Source of the DNA: Heterodontus francisci | Lineage: Eukaryota | Assembly (NCBI RefSeq): GCF_036365525.1 | Contig: NC_090399.1 | Location: 31,032,430-31,096,429, forward strand | Length of the DNA stretch: 64,000 nt | Direction: 5' to 3' | In this document: one piece after another, positions 1-14,075 of the stretch | How the letters are laid out: every line of letters starts with the position of its first letter | Numbering within the stretch: position 1 is the stretch's first letter | The notes under the pieces: generated by a model | Told to the model about the DNA's origin: nothing | The model's database searches: none | The model's input: the letters and a program-made list of their open reading frames with translations, nothing else | Position numbers and translations under genes: made by a program

Positions 1-2280
1 AACTAGAGGTCCAGCATATAAAGGGGAGGAAATTTTGCTAAAGCTTTGCAAAGCCCTGCTTAGACCAGATCTGGAGTATTGTATATAGTTCTGGCGTCCA
101 TACCAGAGAAATAATATATTGGCCTTGGAAAAAAAGTGTATCATAGAGTTAACAGACTGTTACCAGAATTTCAGGGCTACGTTATGAGGAGAGTTTACAG
201 AATTTAGGTGTGTACTTCCTGGAGTAGGGAAGGTTTTAGGGTAAGTTAATAGAGTTGTTTTTAGGATTTTCAAAGCAATTGTTTTGATGGAGAGAGAGAC
301 GTATTCCACTGGTGGGGTAGTGGAGGACAAAGGGGTATAGTCTTAAAATCAAAGCCAGGCTATTCAGGAGAGAAGCCAGGAAACAGTTCTTCACACAATG
401 ATTGGTGAGGTGTAGAACGTTCTTCCACAAAATTAGTAGATGCTTGCTCAATTAAGAATTTAAAATCTGACATTGAAGCTTCTCCCCTAGTCGAGCATAT
501 TAACGAATATAGACCCAAAGCGGGTTAATGAAGATGATGGTGGAGTGGGGCCTTTTAAGGACAAAGAGGGTAATGTATACTTAGAGGCATAGGGCAAGGC
601 TAGAATACGTAATGAGTAAATTGTATATGTTTTGACTAAGGAAGAGGAGTCTGACAAATATCATTCGAAGCAGAGAGAGGGGAGGCAATGGAGAGGGTAA
701 AAATTGAGAGTGCAGAGTTACTGGAAAGGCTGGCTATGCTTAAGGTAGATAAGTCACTCCTGGTCCGTATGACTTGCATCCCAGGTTGCTAAACGAAATA
801 GGATGGAGCTAGTGGAAGGGCTTGCTACAATCTTCCAATCTTACCTAGATATGGGGGAGGTTCCAGAGGATTGGAGAGTGGCAAATGTGACTCCTATTCA
901 AGAAAGTGCGTGAGGGCAGTCCTAGCAGCTACAGTCCAGTTAGTTTAATATTCGTGGTGGGTAAGGTTTTAGAAACAATAATCGGGGGCAAACAGCCACT
1001 TGGAGAGGTTTGAGCTAACTAAGGATAGACAGTATGGATTTCTAAATGCAGATCAAGCTTGACTAAACGAATTGAATTTTTCGACAAAGTAACAGGGAAG
1101 GTTGATGAAGAGAATGTGGTGGATGTTGTCTACATGGATTTTAAGAAAGCATTTAATAAATAACCACATAAAAGACTGGTTAACAAACTTGAACCTCATG
1201 GAAAGGGAGGGTCAGTGTCCAACTGGATAAAGCAAATTGGCTTAAGGATGGAAAACAGCCATCACAGTTATTTTTCAGACTGCAGACTGGTAAGAAGTCG
1301 TGTTCCCCAATGGTCCATGCTAGGACCACTGCATTTTTGCTATATATAAATGACTTGAATCTTGGAATAGAGAAAAAAAAATCAAAACTTCCTGATGATA
1401 ACAAACATGGAGGAGTGGCAAACAGTGAAAATAATATCAACCCCCTGCAACAGGACATAGGTAGGCTAGCAGAGTGTGCAGAAAAGTGGCAGATGGAATC
1501 TAATATAGACAAATGTGAGGTGATGCATTTCGGCAGAAGGGACAGGTTGAGGCAATATAGATTTAATCGCACAGTTCTAAAGAGTGTGCAGGAGCAGATG
1601 GAACTGTGGGGTGTCTGTGCATCGATCTTTAAAGGTGGCAGGACAATTTGAGAGAGTAGTTGGCAAAGCAGATGGGATATTGGGCTTCATAAATAGTGGC
1701 ATAAAGTATAAAAGCAAGGAAGTTTTGTTAAATCTCTATAAAGCTCTAGTTAGGCCCAAAAAGTAATGCAGCCAGGTCTGGTGACCACACTTTAGGAAGG
1801 ATGTGAGCGTCATTGAGAGGATACTGAGAAGATTTACCAGAATGGTTCCTGGAATGAGGGATTTTAGTTACAAGGTTAAGTTGGAAAGCTGGGTTTGCTC
1901 TCTCTAGAGTAAAGGAGATTGAGGGGAGATTTGATAGAGGTGCAGAAGTTTATGACAGGCTTAGATAATTTAGACAAGGAAAAACTGTACCGATTAACTG
2001 ATGATTCAGGACTAAGGGACAATGTTTGAAGATTTTGGGCAAGAGATGAAGGGAGGTGTGAAGAAAATCTTGAACGCAGTGAGTGGCAATGATCTGGAAC
2101 TCGCTGTCCATGGAGGTGGGGCAAGTGGAAACAATGATTTCAAAAGCAAATTGGATGGGCACTTGAAGCAAATAAACTTGCAGGAATAAGGGGATGGAGT
2201 GGGGTAGTGGGACTGACTGGATTACTCCACGGACAGGCTCGATGGACAAAATAGCCTCTTTCTGTGCTGTAAATGACGCT
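1..2280 (+). mobile_element. Two adjacent decayed CR1 LINE fragments (1-~530 3' part; ~530-2280 RT to 3' end)
   Basis: Broken CR1 ORF2 motifs (LYINDL, KCEVMHFGR, LYKALVRP) with many frameshifts. Confidence 0.85.
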
Positions 2281-2329
2281 ATAACATGTTACAGAAGCTG
2301 GCTTCTTCTCTTCCTATGTAACAAATTCA

Positions 2330-2720
2330 GCTTGCGCTACAGCACAAAACGTGCTGTATTGCATCGGCAGCGCATTTTACTGCCTGTGGGACGTTCAGTT
2401 CCATTGAAGTTCGGCGGCCTTTGCTGACAACACAACCACTAGGTGGCCACTAGCACATGCGCAAATGCAGCCTCGTCCACTGGAACATCACTGTCTGGGA
2501 CGGCTCAAGCAGCTGTCAGGAATAAAGATGGCACTGCTCAATTTATCATAAAAAACTAATTAAACCCAAATCCCCTCAATGGCTGCGATCGCAGCCTCCA
2601 TCCCACCCCCAACACCACTCCCTACTGCCATCGTGGTTCTCTTTGCTGCTCCTCATCACGCCAGTCAGCTTGCCGCTCGTTCTCCGCCTCGTCGCTACTG
2701 CACCAGAACAGCATACCAAT
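2330..2720. repeat. Unclassified dispersed repeat with CTCF-like core (related copy 25920-26013, more weakly 44918-45130)
   Basis: 2413-2502 aligns by eye to the reverse complement of 25920-26013; contains CCACTAGGTGGC. Confidence 0.55.
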
Positions 2721-2939
2721 TTTTGTTTGTAAGTTGCAAAATTAGAATTCAAGTTTGCAACAGATCAGAGAATGCCGTTTCAATAACAATCAATGATTTT
2801 TGAGTTTAACCCTGAGCTCCCACGGTTATTCGCTTGATGTAATAATTTATTGCTGAAATTTCGAATGGCATAATTTCGAATTTTTTTGGACTGCTTTAAG
2901 TATATTTCCCGTTCGAAGGAGCTTCTCTCTCCCAAAAAT

Positions 2940-3115
2940 GGGGTAGATTTTCAGCTTCACTCCCAGGCATAGAACTGGTTGTTGGACTGGCTGCCCATTA
3001 CAGAAACCGCCTGATTTGAATTTTCATTTCTTTCAATGAAACGTGGCTGCTGTTATGACGGGCGGACAATTCGCAACTCCAGCTTTACACCCTGGCAGCA
3101 AGAGCCAAAACTATC
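2940..3115. mobile_element. Decayed MITE-like palindromic element
   Basis: Begins GGGGTAGATTTTC like the TIR at 48334; imperfect internal symmetry. Confidence 0.4.
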
Positions 3116-3609
3116 GTATGTCTCTTACATTCTGGAGTTAGATTCAACACTTCGAAAGTACTTCATTGGTGTGAAGTTCCTCATGCAGGTTTGTAAATTG
3201 AACAAGTTGGAACAGTTATGCATGGTCTTCGAGATCACGTTGTGAAACATAGATGTGGTAAGCCCAATTGCCTTTCTCCTGGGCTGGGAAAAGTTCGATA
3301 TTAAAGCTGAGTGCTAAAAGTAGGAAAATGTTTCATGTTCAAGTATTTATATGATCAGCTCTAAATCAGTATCGCAGACATTATGATAACTCCATGGTGC
3401 AATTTTTGCAGTTGGCAGGGGTAAGGTCACACTTTTCTAACTGCACAACATTTGTCTTCTGTATTTATACTGTCTGTGATAATGCAAAGGGAAAATCAAC
3501 GCATTATAACACAAAAGATTTCCAGGGCATTGAGAGAATCTGCACAGGAAGCCAATCTCAATACTTGGAGTTCTGAAAGTGTGCATTATGAATTCAACTT
3601 TACGAAAGA

Positions 3610-3850
3610 TGTTGCATTTGTATAGTGACGTTCGGAATTCTCAAAGTGCCTGTTTTTATAAAAATCGAGCCAAGGCACATGTCACCTCCAGCTGAAAGGG
3701 CAGTAGAACCTTATATTCACGTCTCAGTTGAAAGAAGGCACTTCCAACAGTGCTGCATTCCCAATGCAGTGGCTGATATGTCAGTATGAATTATGGGCTC
3801 AAGTCACTGGAGTGAGGTTTGAACCCGCAACCTTTGCTGGCTCGGAGACA
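3610..3850 (-). mobile_element. Deu-domain (SacSINE1/AmnSINE1-like) SINE fragment
   Basis: gaaagaaggcacttccaacagtgctgca...ctcaagtcactggagtgaggtttgaaccc resembles the Deu core plus tRNA-derived B box as I recall the consensus. Confidence 0.5.
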
Positions 3851-4374
3851 TATAAGCAACCCTTGAACTAAGCGAAGAATTAGCAATGCTACAGCTACCA
3901 GTGGCAGCTTTAAAACTTATATCATTATTATCAGAAATATGTCAGTTCTGAAGCAAATAATGTTGAAAATTAATATCGCAAACTGGATGATGGAGTCCTC
4001 AAATTTGATTCCGAACATTTCAAAAAATTAAAGCACAGCTCCTGTGATGAACAGCATGACTTCCATCTGGTGATATGACCTATCTACGCAAACAGAAAAA
4101 AATACCGATGCATATCTCAGCAATTCGCTGTCAAATTCGGGCTATAAGTTCACTAGTACCTGAGAAGTGCAGAATTTCTGCCTGGTCCCAATCGCTGCAA
4201 AGTGAACCAACGCAGCTTCCAGGTCTGTAAACAGATTTGTGCTGATTCAAGACAAATTATAGATTCTTAATCGATGTCATTTTCCAGATAGTGGCAGATT
4301 GATCATAAACTGTTTGAGTATCAACTTGGGCGGCGTTTGGCTGTTTTGGGTTCCATAGTCTTTGAAGTGAGGGC

Positions 4375-4607
4375 CAGGTCCCATCTTTAGCGCACAGCAA
4401 GATCCTCAAGCAGCAATATGACTGACCAGATAATCTGTTTTAGTGCTGTTGATTGAGTGATAAATATTGGCCGGAAAACCAGCGAGAACTCCACCCTGCT
4501 TTCTTCAAAATAGTGCCATAAGATCTTTTCCATGCACCTGAGAGAGCAAACGACACCTCCCGGATTAAGGTCTCAATAAAACGACAGCACTTCCGACAGT
4601 GCAGCAG
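4375..4607 (-). mobile_element. Deu-domain SINE fragment
   Basis: cttcaaaatagtgccat...cacctgagag...gcacttccgacagtgcagca, sharing motifs with the 3610-3850 copy. Confidence 0.55.
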
Positions 4608-5650
4608 GGCAATTTGAAAATGCAGGACGAGGATGTAATTCTTTTGAAGTCCTATTGCTGCAAGATAGTAATTCTTTACAAGTCAAAAGCAACATTTTGC
4701 AGAGTCTGGACTCTAAAAACAGAAAAAAGCTGGAAGGACTAGCAGGTCTGGTAGCATCTGTGGAGAGAGCAACAGTTGACGTTTCAGGTCTGTGAACTTT
4801 CTGTCACTTCCAGGAAAGGGATATCCGAGAACAAAGTCAGGCAACGCATACCGAAAGGTGCAATTTGAATAAAATTCTTCGTTAAGACATCTTAACACAA
4901 TCAAAACTATCTCAATGGAGTTCATCAGACAACATCATCCTGACTATATACAGTAACACGTCACGTGACAAGGCTCCAACACCAAGTATGTTCATGCAGT
5001 TGTGACTTGAAAAGACAATGTCAACTGGATAATTTCAGGAACGCCGCATGTCCTGATACAGTAGCCCTCATTTTGGTACTCTCCACCTTATCACAGACCT
5101 TTTGTCCTTTCCATGCCCACAAACGCCACTTCCCCTGTACTTGCTACAAACTGTTCCACTCTCACATCTTCCGGTTCAGATGACATGTCATCGACTTGAA
5201 ACGCTCTCTCTACAGGTCCTGCCTGACCTGCTGATTGCTTGTCATCATTTTCTCTTTCTAATCTCAGATTTTCAGCATTCGTAATGTTTTGTTTTGTTTT
5301 TGTTGCAACACAGTAGCTGTTTGATATTCTAAGATGTATTTATGGCTTACTACATTCCTATTATTGATGAATTAATGTTTAGTGAATCTGTTCTTTAATT
5401 TCACAAGTTTGCAGATCAGGACCAGCGAAGATTTCCAGTCCTTTAAGGCGAATTACTAACTTTCCAGTACCAGATTTCCTCCTGTTAATTATGTTGGTTC
5501 TTACATTGATAAAGAATCCTTTACAATATTGTAAGCTCAATCCCATCAATTGTGTCCTACATTTTTTACTTTTAGTCTGAAGTCGGATGATTTCGCAAAT
5601 ATTTCAATACCACTTCTTTTCTTGAGGAAACAGTTTGGTTAATGCTAGCC

Positions 5651-5667
5651 TGTGTGTGTGTGTGTGT
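5651..5667. repeat. (TG)n microsatellite
   Basis: tgtgtgtgtgtgtgtgt. Confidence 0.9.
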
Positions 5668-5829
5668 ACACCTGAAAAGTTCAAGATATCTCAACATATC
5701 TTGATTAATGGATAACTTTATTAAGGCCAAAAATAGTTCGTAAACATCGATATCTTGAAGCTATCCAACCCGTTGGTAACAGATCCTAAAGACCCCTGCT
5801 GTATCAGGGGATCAGTGTGACGTTGGATT

Positions 5830-6172
5830 TTTTTTTTATTCCTTTGTGGGATGTGGAGGCCGCGGCTAGGCCAGCATTTATTGCACATCCCAAATTTCCC
5901 TTGAACTGATTGGCTTATTTGGCGATTTCAGAGGACATATAAGAGTCTGTGGGTCTGCAGTCGCATGTAGGCCAAACCAGGTAAGGACGGTAGGGTAGGT
6001 TTTCCCGACAATCGGCAATGGTTTCACCATTCGAATTACACTACCTTTTAGCTACATATTTTTATTAATTGAATTCAAATGTCACCATCTGATATGGTGA
6101 CACGTCCCCAGAGCATTATCCTAGCCTCTGGATTACTGGTCCAGTGACATTACTACTACGCCACCGCCTCCC
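5830..6172 (-). mobile_element. tRNA-derived SINE (same family at 36320-36687 + and ~53230-53620 -)
   Basis: Shared head (ctagtaatccagag...gttcgaatccc B box in the 36.3 kb copy) and tail (gcaataaatgctggcctagcc...cacatccc). Confidence 0.65.
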
Positions 6173-6864
6173 TCCGGGATAAGCCGTGTTCCCCAGTGAC
6201 TGGGTTCAATGGAATTCGCTATGTTACCCATAAATAGACAGCTCTGGACAGACTTCCATTCACGCCTGTGAGCTAATCGGTCTTTCTATCGCCAAGTTTG
6301 TTCCGCTATTCCTTAGTAGTTCATCAGCTTATTTCTCCCATCCCTGTACTTTTCAATTATCTCCGAACTAGCTTTCCTCCTATTAATTATGTTGGTTCTT
6401 ACATTATTAAAGAAGCTTTTACAATATTATAAACTCAATCCAATCAATTGTGTCGTTCATTTTTTTACTTTTAGTCTAAAGTAGGATTAACCATAAACTA
6501 CGTTAGCTTCACTTCTTCTGCTTCTGGTGTGCCCTGATCTGGTTCCTCGTGTTCTGAGTAGGGATGTACGTGCCGTGCCGCTTATCTCAGTATGTGGTAT
6601 CCATCCCACCATCCTCCGCGAGCTCCTCAAGTCACCACAAGATTTGGCCGCAGATTTTAAAAAATGCACTTTGCAATATATTGTAAACATTAACACATCG
6701 TATTGAGGGCATAAAACATTATGCGTGGAAAATCCTGAACACAACAGAATAGTTCCAATTGAAATTCTAGAGTCTGTGACCCCAAACTGCGCACTTACAA
6801 ATATGATAGGTGCAGTCCTGTGAAAAGAAAACTTAATTGCTCCAGTACATGTATTAAAGTCATG

Positions 6865-9800
6865 GGGTCATAGAGTTCTACTGCATAGAAACAGGCCCTT
6901 CGCCCCATCGTGTCCATGCCAGCCATCAAGCACCGATATTTTCTAATCCAATTTTCCAGCACTTGGCCCGTAGCCTTGTATGCTATGGCGTTTCAAATGC
7001 TCATCTAAATACTTCTTAAATGTTGTGAGGGGTCCTGCCTCTACCATCATTTCAGGCAGTGTGTTCCAGATTCCAACCACCCTCTGGGTGAATGTTTTCC
7101 CCTCAAATCCCCTCTAAACCTCCTGCCTCGTACCTTAAATCTATGCCCCCTGGTTATTGACATCTCCATTAAGGGAAAATGCTTCTTCCTATATACCCTA
7201 TCTATGCCCCTCATAATTTTGTATACCTCAATCAGGTCCTCCCCCCTCAGCCTTCTCTGCTCCAAGGAAAACAACCCGAGCTTATGGAGTCTCTCCCAAT
7301 AGTTGAAATGCAACAGCCCAGGCAACATCCTGGTGAATCGCCTCTGCACCCTCTCCAGTGCAATCACATCCTTCCTGCAGTGTGGTGACCAGAGCGGTAT
7401 ACAGTACTCCAGCTGTGGCCGAACTAGCATTTTGTACAGCTCCATCATAACCTCCCTGCTCTTACATTCTATGCCTCGGCTAATAAAGGCGAGTATCCCA
7501 TATGCCTTTCAAACCACCTTATCTACCTATGCTGCTGCCTTCAGTGACCTATGGACAAGTACACCAATGTCTCTCTGACCCTCTGTACTTCCTAGGGTCC
7601 TATCATCCATTGTATATTCCCTTGCCTTGTTAGTCCTCCCAAATGCATGACCCCACACGTCTCAGGATTAAATTCCATTTGTCACTGCTCTGCCCGTCTT
7701 ACCAGCCCATCTATATCGTCCTGTAACCTAAGGTTTTCCTCCTCACTATTTACAACACCACCATTTTTATGTCATCTGTGAACTTACTGATCATAACTCT
7801 TATATTCACATCTAAATCATTAATGTACACTACAAATAGCAAGGGTCTGAGCACTGTTCCCTGCGGTACACCACTGGTCAAAGGCTTCCAATCGCAAAAA
7901 CAACCCTCGACCATCACCCTCTGCCTCCTGCCACTAAGCCAATTTTGGATCCAATTTACCAAGTTGCCCTGGATCCCATGGGCTCTTACTTCCTTAACCA
8001 ATCTCTCATGCGGGACCTTATCGAAATACTTACTGAAGTCCATGTAGACTGCATCAACTGCTTACCCTCATCTACACACCTAGTCATCTCCTCGAAAAAT
8101 TAAATCAAGTTTGTTAGACATGATCTCCCCCTGACAAAGCCATGCTGACTATCCTTGATTATTCCCTGCCTCTTCAAATGGAGATTAATTCTGTCCCTCA
8201 GATTTTTTCCCCAATAGTTTCACCAGCACTGATGTTAGGCTCACTGGCTTGTAAGTATCTAGTTCATCCCTGATGCCCTTCTTGAATAATGGTACCACAT
8301 GCTCTGTCCTCCAGTCCTCTGGCACCTCTCCTGTGGCCAGAGAGGATTTGAAAATTTATGTCAGAGCCCCTGCTATCTCCTCCATTGCCTCAGATAACAG
8401 CTTGGGATACATCTCATCTGGGCCTGGGAGTTTATCCACTTTTAACCCCGTTAAAACCGCTAATACCTCCTCCCTTTCAATGCTAATCTTTTCAAGCATA
8501 TCACAATCCCCTCCCTGATCTCGACATCTACATCTTCCTTCTCCATAGTGAACACAGATGAAAAGTAACCATTTTAAAACCCACCTACATCCTCCGGCTG
8601 CACACACAGATTGCCACTTTGGCCCCCAATGGGCCCTACTCTTTCCCTGGTTATAGAAACATAGAAACATAGAAAATAGGAGCAGAAGTAGGCCATTCGC
8701 CCGTTAGAGCCTGTTCCACCATTCATTATGAACATGGCTGATCATCCAACTCAGTAACCTGTTCCTGCTTTCGCCCCATATCCTTTGATCCCTTTAAACC
8801 CAAAAGTTATATCTAACTCCTTCTTGAAAACATACAATGTTTTGGCCTCAAGTGCTTTCTGTGGTAGCAAATTCCACAGGTTCACCACTCTCTGGGTGAA
8901 GAAATGTCTCCTCAGCTCAGTTCTGAATGGTTTAACCCGTATCCTTATACTATGACCGCTGGTTCTGGCCTCCCCCACCATCGGGACCATCCGTCTTGCA
9001 TCTACCCTGTCAAGTCCTGTTAGAATTTTATAGGTTTCTATGGGATCCCCCCTCACTCTTCTGAACTCCAGCGAATATAATCCTAACCGACTCAATCTCT
9101 CCTTATGCGTTAGTTCCGCCATCCCAGGAATCAGTCTGGTAAACCTTTGCTGCACTCCCTCCATAGCAAAAACATCCTTCCTCGGATAAGGAGACCAAAA
9201 CTGCACACAATGCAGTAATCCTCTTGCCCTTAATATACTTATAAAATGCCTTTGGGTTCTCCTTTATCTTGCTTGCCAGTATTTTTTTATGTCCCCTATT
9301 CGCTCTCCTAATTACTTTTTAAAGTATCCACTACACTTTTTGTACTCCTCTAATGCATCCGCTGTTTTCAGTGCTCTGAATCTGCCATAAGCCTCCTTTT
9401 TTTCCTGATCCAATCCTCTATATCCCCTGACATCCAGAGTTCCCTGGACCTGTTGGTCCTACCCTTCAGCTTAAAGGGTACATGTTGGCCCTGAACTCGC
9501 ACTATTTTCTTTCTGAATGACTCCCACTAGTCTGATGTAGATTTTCCTACAGGTATCTGCACCAAGTCCACTTTGGAAAGATCCTGTTTTATCATATTGA
9601 AATTGGCTTCCCCCAATTCAGTACCTTTATTTACAGTCAATCTTTTCCCTTTTCCATAACTACCTTAAATCTGACAGAGCTATGGCCACTATCCCCGAAA
9701 TGCACCCCCCCTGCCCCCACCCCCACTGACAATTCTGCCACTTGTCTGGCTTCATTCCCTAAGATTAGATCCAGTACCACCCCTACTCTTGTTGGACTTT

Positions 9801-10930
9801 CTACATGCTGGCTCAAAAAGCTCTCCTGGATGCACTTTAATAATTCCACTCCCTTTAAGCCTTTTGCACTAATAAGACTATTGCAGTTAATATTGGGGGA
9901 AGTTAAAATCTCCTACTAATATTGCCCTATTATTTTTTTACCTCTCTGAGATTTGGCCTCATATCTGCTCCTGTATCTCTCCCCGACAGTTTGGAGGCCT
10001 GTAGTACACTCCCAGCAAAGTGATTGCCTCCTTTCTGTTTTTAAGTTCAACCCACATGGCCTCACTTGAGGAACATTCGAAGATAACTTCCCTCCTTTGT
10101 GCAGTAATTGACTCTTTGATCAATAATGCAATGCTAGCTCTCCTTTTACACTCGTCCCTGTCACGCCTGAAAATTCTATCCCCTGGAATATTGAGCCGTC
10201 AGTCCTGCCCTTCCCTCAAACATGTTTCTGTGATAGCAATAATATCATATTCCCATGTGTTAATCAACACCCTCAATTCATCTGCCTACTTGTAAAACTC
10301 CTCGCATTAAAATGGATGCAATCCAACCTTGCATTATTCGTTTGTGCCTTATCAGGTCTATATTTGCTCTGCCTTCCTGAGTGACTCAGTTTCTCTTCTG
10401 TATTTGGCTGTGCATCACACCCCACTGTACCAGCATTCTGTAACCCATCGCCCTGCCAAATTAGTTTCACCACCCCCCCCCCACCCCCCCCCCCCCTCCA
10501 CCGCCCACGACGACAAGAACACTGGCAAGCCTCTCTGCAAGTATGGTGTTCCCGCTCCAGCTCTGCTGCAACCCCTCTGACTTGTATAGGTACCACCTTC
10601 GCCCGAACCAGACCCAGTGACCCAGGAAACTAAAGCCCTCCATCCTGCACTATCTCTTCAGCTACGCAATCATCTGCTCTATCCTTCTATTCTTTTACTC
10701 AGCAGCATGTGACACTGGGAGTAATCCAGAGATAACAACCTTTGAGTACCTGCTTTTTAATCTGATACCTAGCTCCCTAAATTCTTTTTGCAGGATCTCA
10801 TCCCTCTTTCTACCTATGTCGTTCATACCACTGTGAACCACGACCTCTGACTGTTCACCTTCCCCCTTCAGAATGTCCTGCAGTCACTCCGTGACATCCT
10901 TAGCCCGAGCACCAAGGAGGCAACATATCA
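6865..10930 (-). mobile_element. Long decayed CR1 LINE (endonuclease + RT) with a nested CR1 3' fragment at ~8653-9212
   Basis: ORF fragments VLDLILGN, KLPGPD, DFSKYFDKVPH, GVPQGTVL, YINDLD, FTDD. Host sequence is split by a (catagaaa)n-tailed insert. Confidence 0.9.
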
Positions 10931-10931
10931 T

Positions 10932-11745
10932 TCCATCTCTGGGGATAGGTTGTCTACTAATATCCATTATAAGCCCACCGACTCCCACATCTACCTCGAC
11001 TACACTTCTTCACACCCTACCTCCTGTAAGGGCTCCATTCTTCCAGTTTCTCCATCTCTGACGCATCTATTCTGATGATGCTACCTTCCATGACGGTGCT
11101 TCTGATATGGCTTCCTTTTTCCTCAACCGAGGATTCCCCCGCACTGTTGTTGACAGGGCCCTCAACCGTGTCTGGCCCATTTCCTGCACCTCTACCCTCA
11201 GCCGCCCCCTCCCTCCCAGAACTATGATAGGGTTTCCCTTGTCCTCATTTTCCACCCCATCAGTCTCCATATCCAAAGGATCATCCTCTGCCAATTCCAC
11301 CATGTCCAGCGTGATGCCACTAACAAAGGCATCTTCCCCTCCCTTCCCCGTCAGCATTCTGAAGGGATTGTTCTCTCTGCAACACCCTGGTCCACTCCTC
11401 CATTACCCCCACCACCTCGTCCCCTTCCCATGGCACCTTCCCCTACAATCGCAGGAGGTTTAATACCTGCCCATTTACCTCCTCTCTCCTCACTATCCCA
11501 GGCCCCAAACACTCCTTTCTGGCGAAGCAGCGATTTACTTGCACTTCTTTCAATGTAGTATACTGTATTCGGTGCTCACAATGTGGTTTCCTCTACATTG
11601 GGGAGACCAAACGCAGACTGGGTGACTGTTTTGCGGAACACCTCAGCTCAGTCTGCAAGCATGACCTCAAGCTTCCGGTTGCTTGCCATTTCAACACTCC
11701 CCCCTGCTCTCATGCTCACATCTCTGTCCTGGGATTGCTGCAGAG
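10932..11745 (+). mobile_element. Penelope-like element fragment with GIY-YIG endonuclease
   Basis: VVYCIRCSQCGFLYIGETKRRLGDCFAEH at ~11553-11642; FFLNRGFP thumb motif. Confidence 0.88.
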
Positions 11746-12224
11746 CCCCGATCTGTCTTTATACAGGTGCTGCTCTGGATCCACTTCCTCCCTGTTGCAT
11801 AAAAGAGCTATTTGTAGTTTCTATCGATATCAGCCAGAGTTATGGTGAAATTTCTGCTCCATGTCTAATTGAAATAGTATGGCCATATTTGCTAAGTGTT
11901 TGCGATTGATTTGTCGATAATATGGCACGTAATCACCTCTTACTTCCTCCTACAAACAGTTTTTGAGTTCATTACCACTGGTCCACAGTAGAAAATAAAT
12001 TGGTCTGTGTTGATCTTTTCAGACGGTGCAGCGGCGAAATCATTGAAGAATGAGCAACAATACCTTTAAGAATATTTTATCCCTGTTGTTCAGTTTCCTA
12101 ATCTTCTGTCTCTGTGCTCTACATACACATGTACAAATGTGTGTGTGTATGTGTGTTCGCAAATCATCGATTTCTATATCAGAGTAACTCATGCTCACAT
12201 GCATTCACCTGATCCCTTTTTTAA

Positions 12225-12512
12225 GATTAGATATACAGCACTGAAACAGGCCCTTCATCCCTCCGAGTCTGTGCCGACCATCAACCACACATTTATACTA
12301 ATCCTACACTAATTCCATATTCCTACCACATCCCCACCTGTCTATATTTCCCTACCACCTACCTATACAAGTCTTTGGCTTGTGGGAGGAAACCAGAGCA
12401 CCCGGAGGAAGCCCACGCAGACACTGGGAGAACTTGCAAACTCCATACAGGCAGTACCCAGAATTGAACCCGGGTCGCTGGAGCTGTGAGGCTGCGGTGC
12501 TAATCACTGCCA
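12225..12512 (-). mobile_element. V-SINE (HE1-like) with CR1-type tail
   Basis: V-domain ggagtttgcaagttctcc...gtctgcgtgggcttcctccgggtgctctggtttcctccca, tRNA head gggttcaattc; sister copy at 22790-23113. Confidence 0.8.
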
Positions 12513-13079
12513 GGATCACTGATGGAGGCAGTTGAAAATCCATCCTTCATTGCCACAACTGAAATACATTAAGGGGTCGGCCCGAAATGGCGCGACAACA
12601 GTAAACGCCTGAGATAGAATATTGAGCGGACAGATGCTTCCTAAAGTAGAGAGGATTTGATTAGAAAGGTTAATGTTTCGTTTCAATGAACAGACAGATT
12701 CCAGGACAGATTCCAGCAACGTGGAACTTTGAATGACACTGTAGATACCAAGTTGTCTGGCAGTTGTTCGTTATTTTAATTAGGGAGTGAACTATCACAT
12801 CGGATTCCAATAATATTGGCCTCATTTTCACATAATAAATGTAGTACTGTTATTCCTATAGGCAATGCCAAATATAATTGAGTATGTAATTTAATGAAAT
12901 AGAGTTTCTACTCTGAATGGTAAAATTAAGCCAATTGTTTGTATTTTTCTACTTTACGCTTAACTGAGCTTGCTTGATGCTTCTACCGCGCACGCGTACA
13001 AAGAGAAGAGACAGCCACTAGAAAACATGAGCAAAGTACAACCGAGTCCAAAGCTTTAATAATGAGCAGGAAAGGCGAG

Positions 13080-14075
13080 CTCCTGGGCCACAACTTTTCA
13101 TAATATCTATCAATGATTTGGATGTGGGGACCAAATGTAATATTTCCAAGTTTGCAGATGATACAAAACTAGGTGGGAATGTGTGTTGTGAGGAAGATGC
13201 AAAGCGACTTCAAGGATATTTGGACAGACTTAGGAAGTGGGAAAGAACGTGGCAGATGGAATATAATGTGGAAAAATGTGAGGTTGTTCATTTTGGTAGG
13301 AGGAATGGATGTGAAGAATATTTCTCAAATGGCAAGATATTAGAAAGTGTAAATGTACAAAGGGACCTGGGTGTCCTCGTCAATAAGTCACTGAACGCTA
13401 AAATGGAGGTGCAGCAAGCAATTAAGAAAGCTAATGGTATGTTAGCCTTTAATGCAAGTGGATTTGGGTACAGGAATAGTGAAGTCCTGCTTCAAATGTA
13501 TAGAACCTTGGTTAGACTGCACCTGGAGTACTGTGTGCAGTTTTGGTCCCCTTACCTTAGGAAGGATATTATTAGCCAAGAAGGATTGCAGCGAAGGTTA
13601 ACCCGACTTGTTCCCGGGATGGTGGGGCTGTCCTATGAAGAGGGATTGGAAAAACGCAGTCTGTATTCTCTAGAGTTTCGAAGAATGAGAGGTGATCTAA
13701 TTGAAACCTACAAAATACTTGAAGGGATAGATAGGGTAGATGCAGGTTACATGTTTTCCCTGGTTGGGAAGTCTAGAACCAGAGGTCACAATTTCAAAAT
13801 AAGGGGTAAGCCACTTAGGACAGAGATGAGGAGATTTTTTTTTTAGCTCAGAGGATTGTGAAGCTTTGGAATTCTCTACCCCAGAGGGCTGTGGAATCTC
13901 AGTCATTCAGTATGTTTAAAGTGGAGATTGTCGGATTTCTAAATGCCAATGACATGAAGGGCTATGGGGATAGTGTGGGAAAAAGGCATTGAAGTGAATG
14001 ATCAGCCATGATCGTATTGAATGGCAGAGCAGGATCGATGGGCTGAATGATCTACTCCTGTTCCCATGTTCCTAA
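13080..14075 (+). mobile_element. 5'-truncated CR1 LINE (RT C-terminal part, 242-aa ORF)
   Basis: SKFADDTKLG, LEYCVQFWSPY, RGDLIETYKI; CR1 3'UTR. Confidence 0.92.

Noticed and set aside
12023-12069. Possible terminal exon DGAAAKSLKNEQQYL* after a good acceptor
   Set aside because: No linked upstream exons or homology can be shown within the window.
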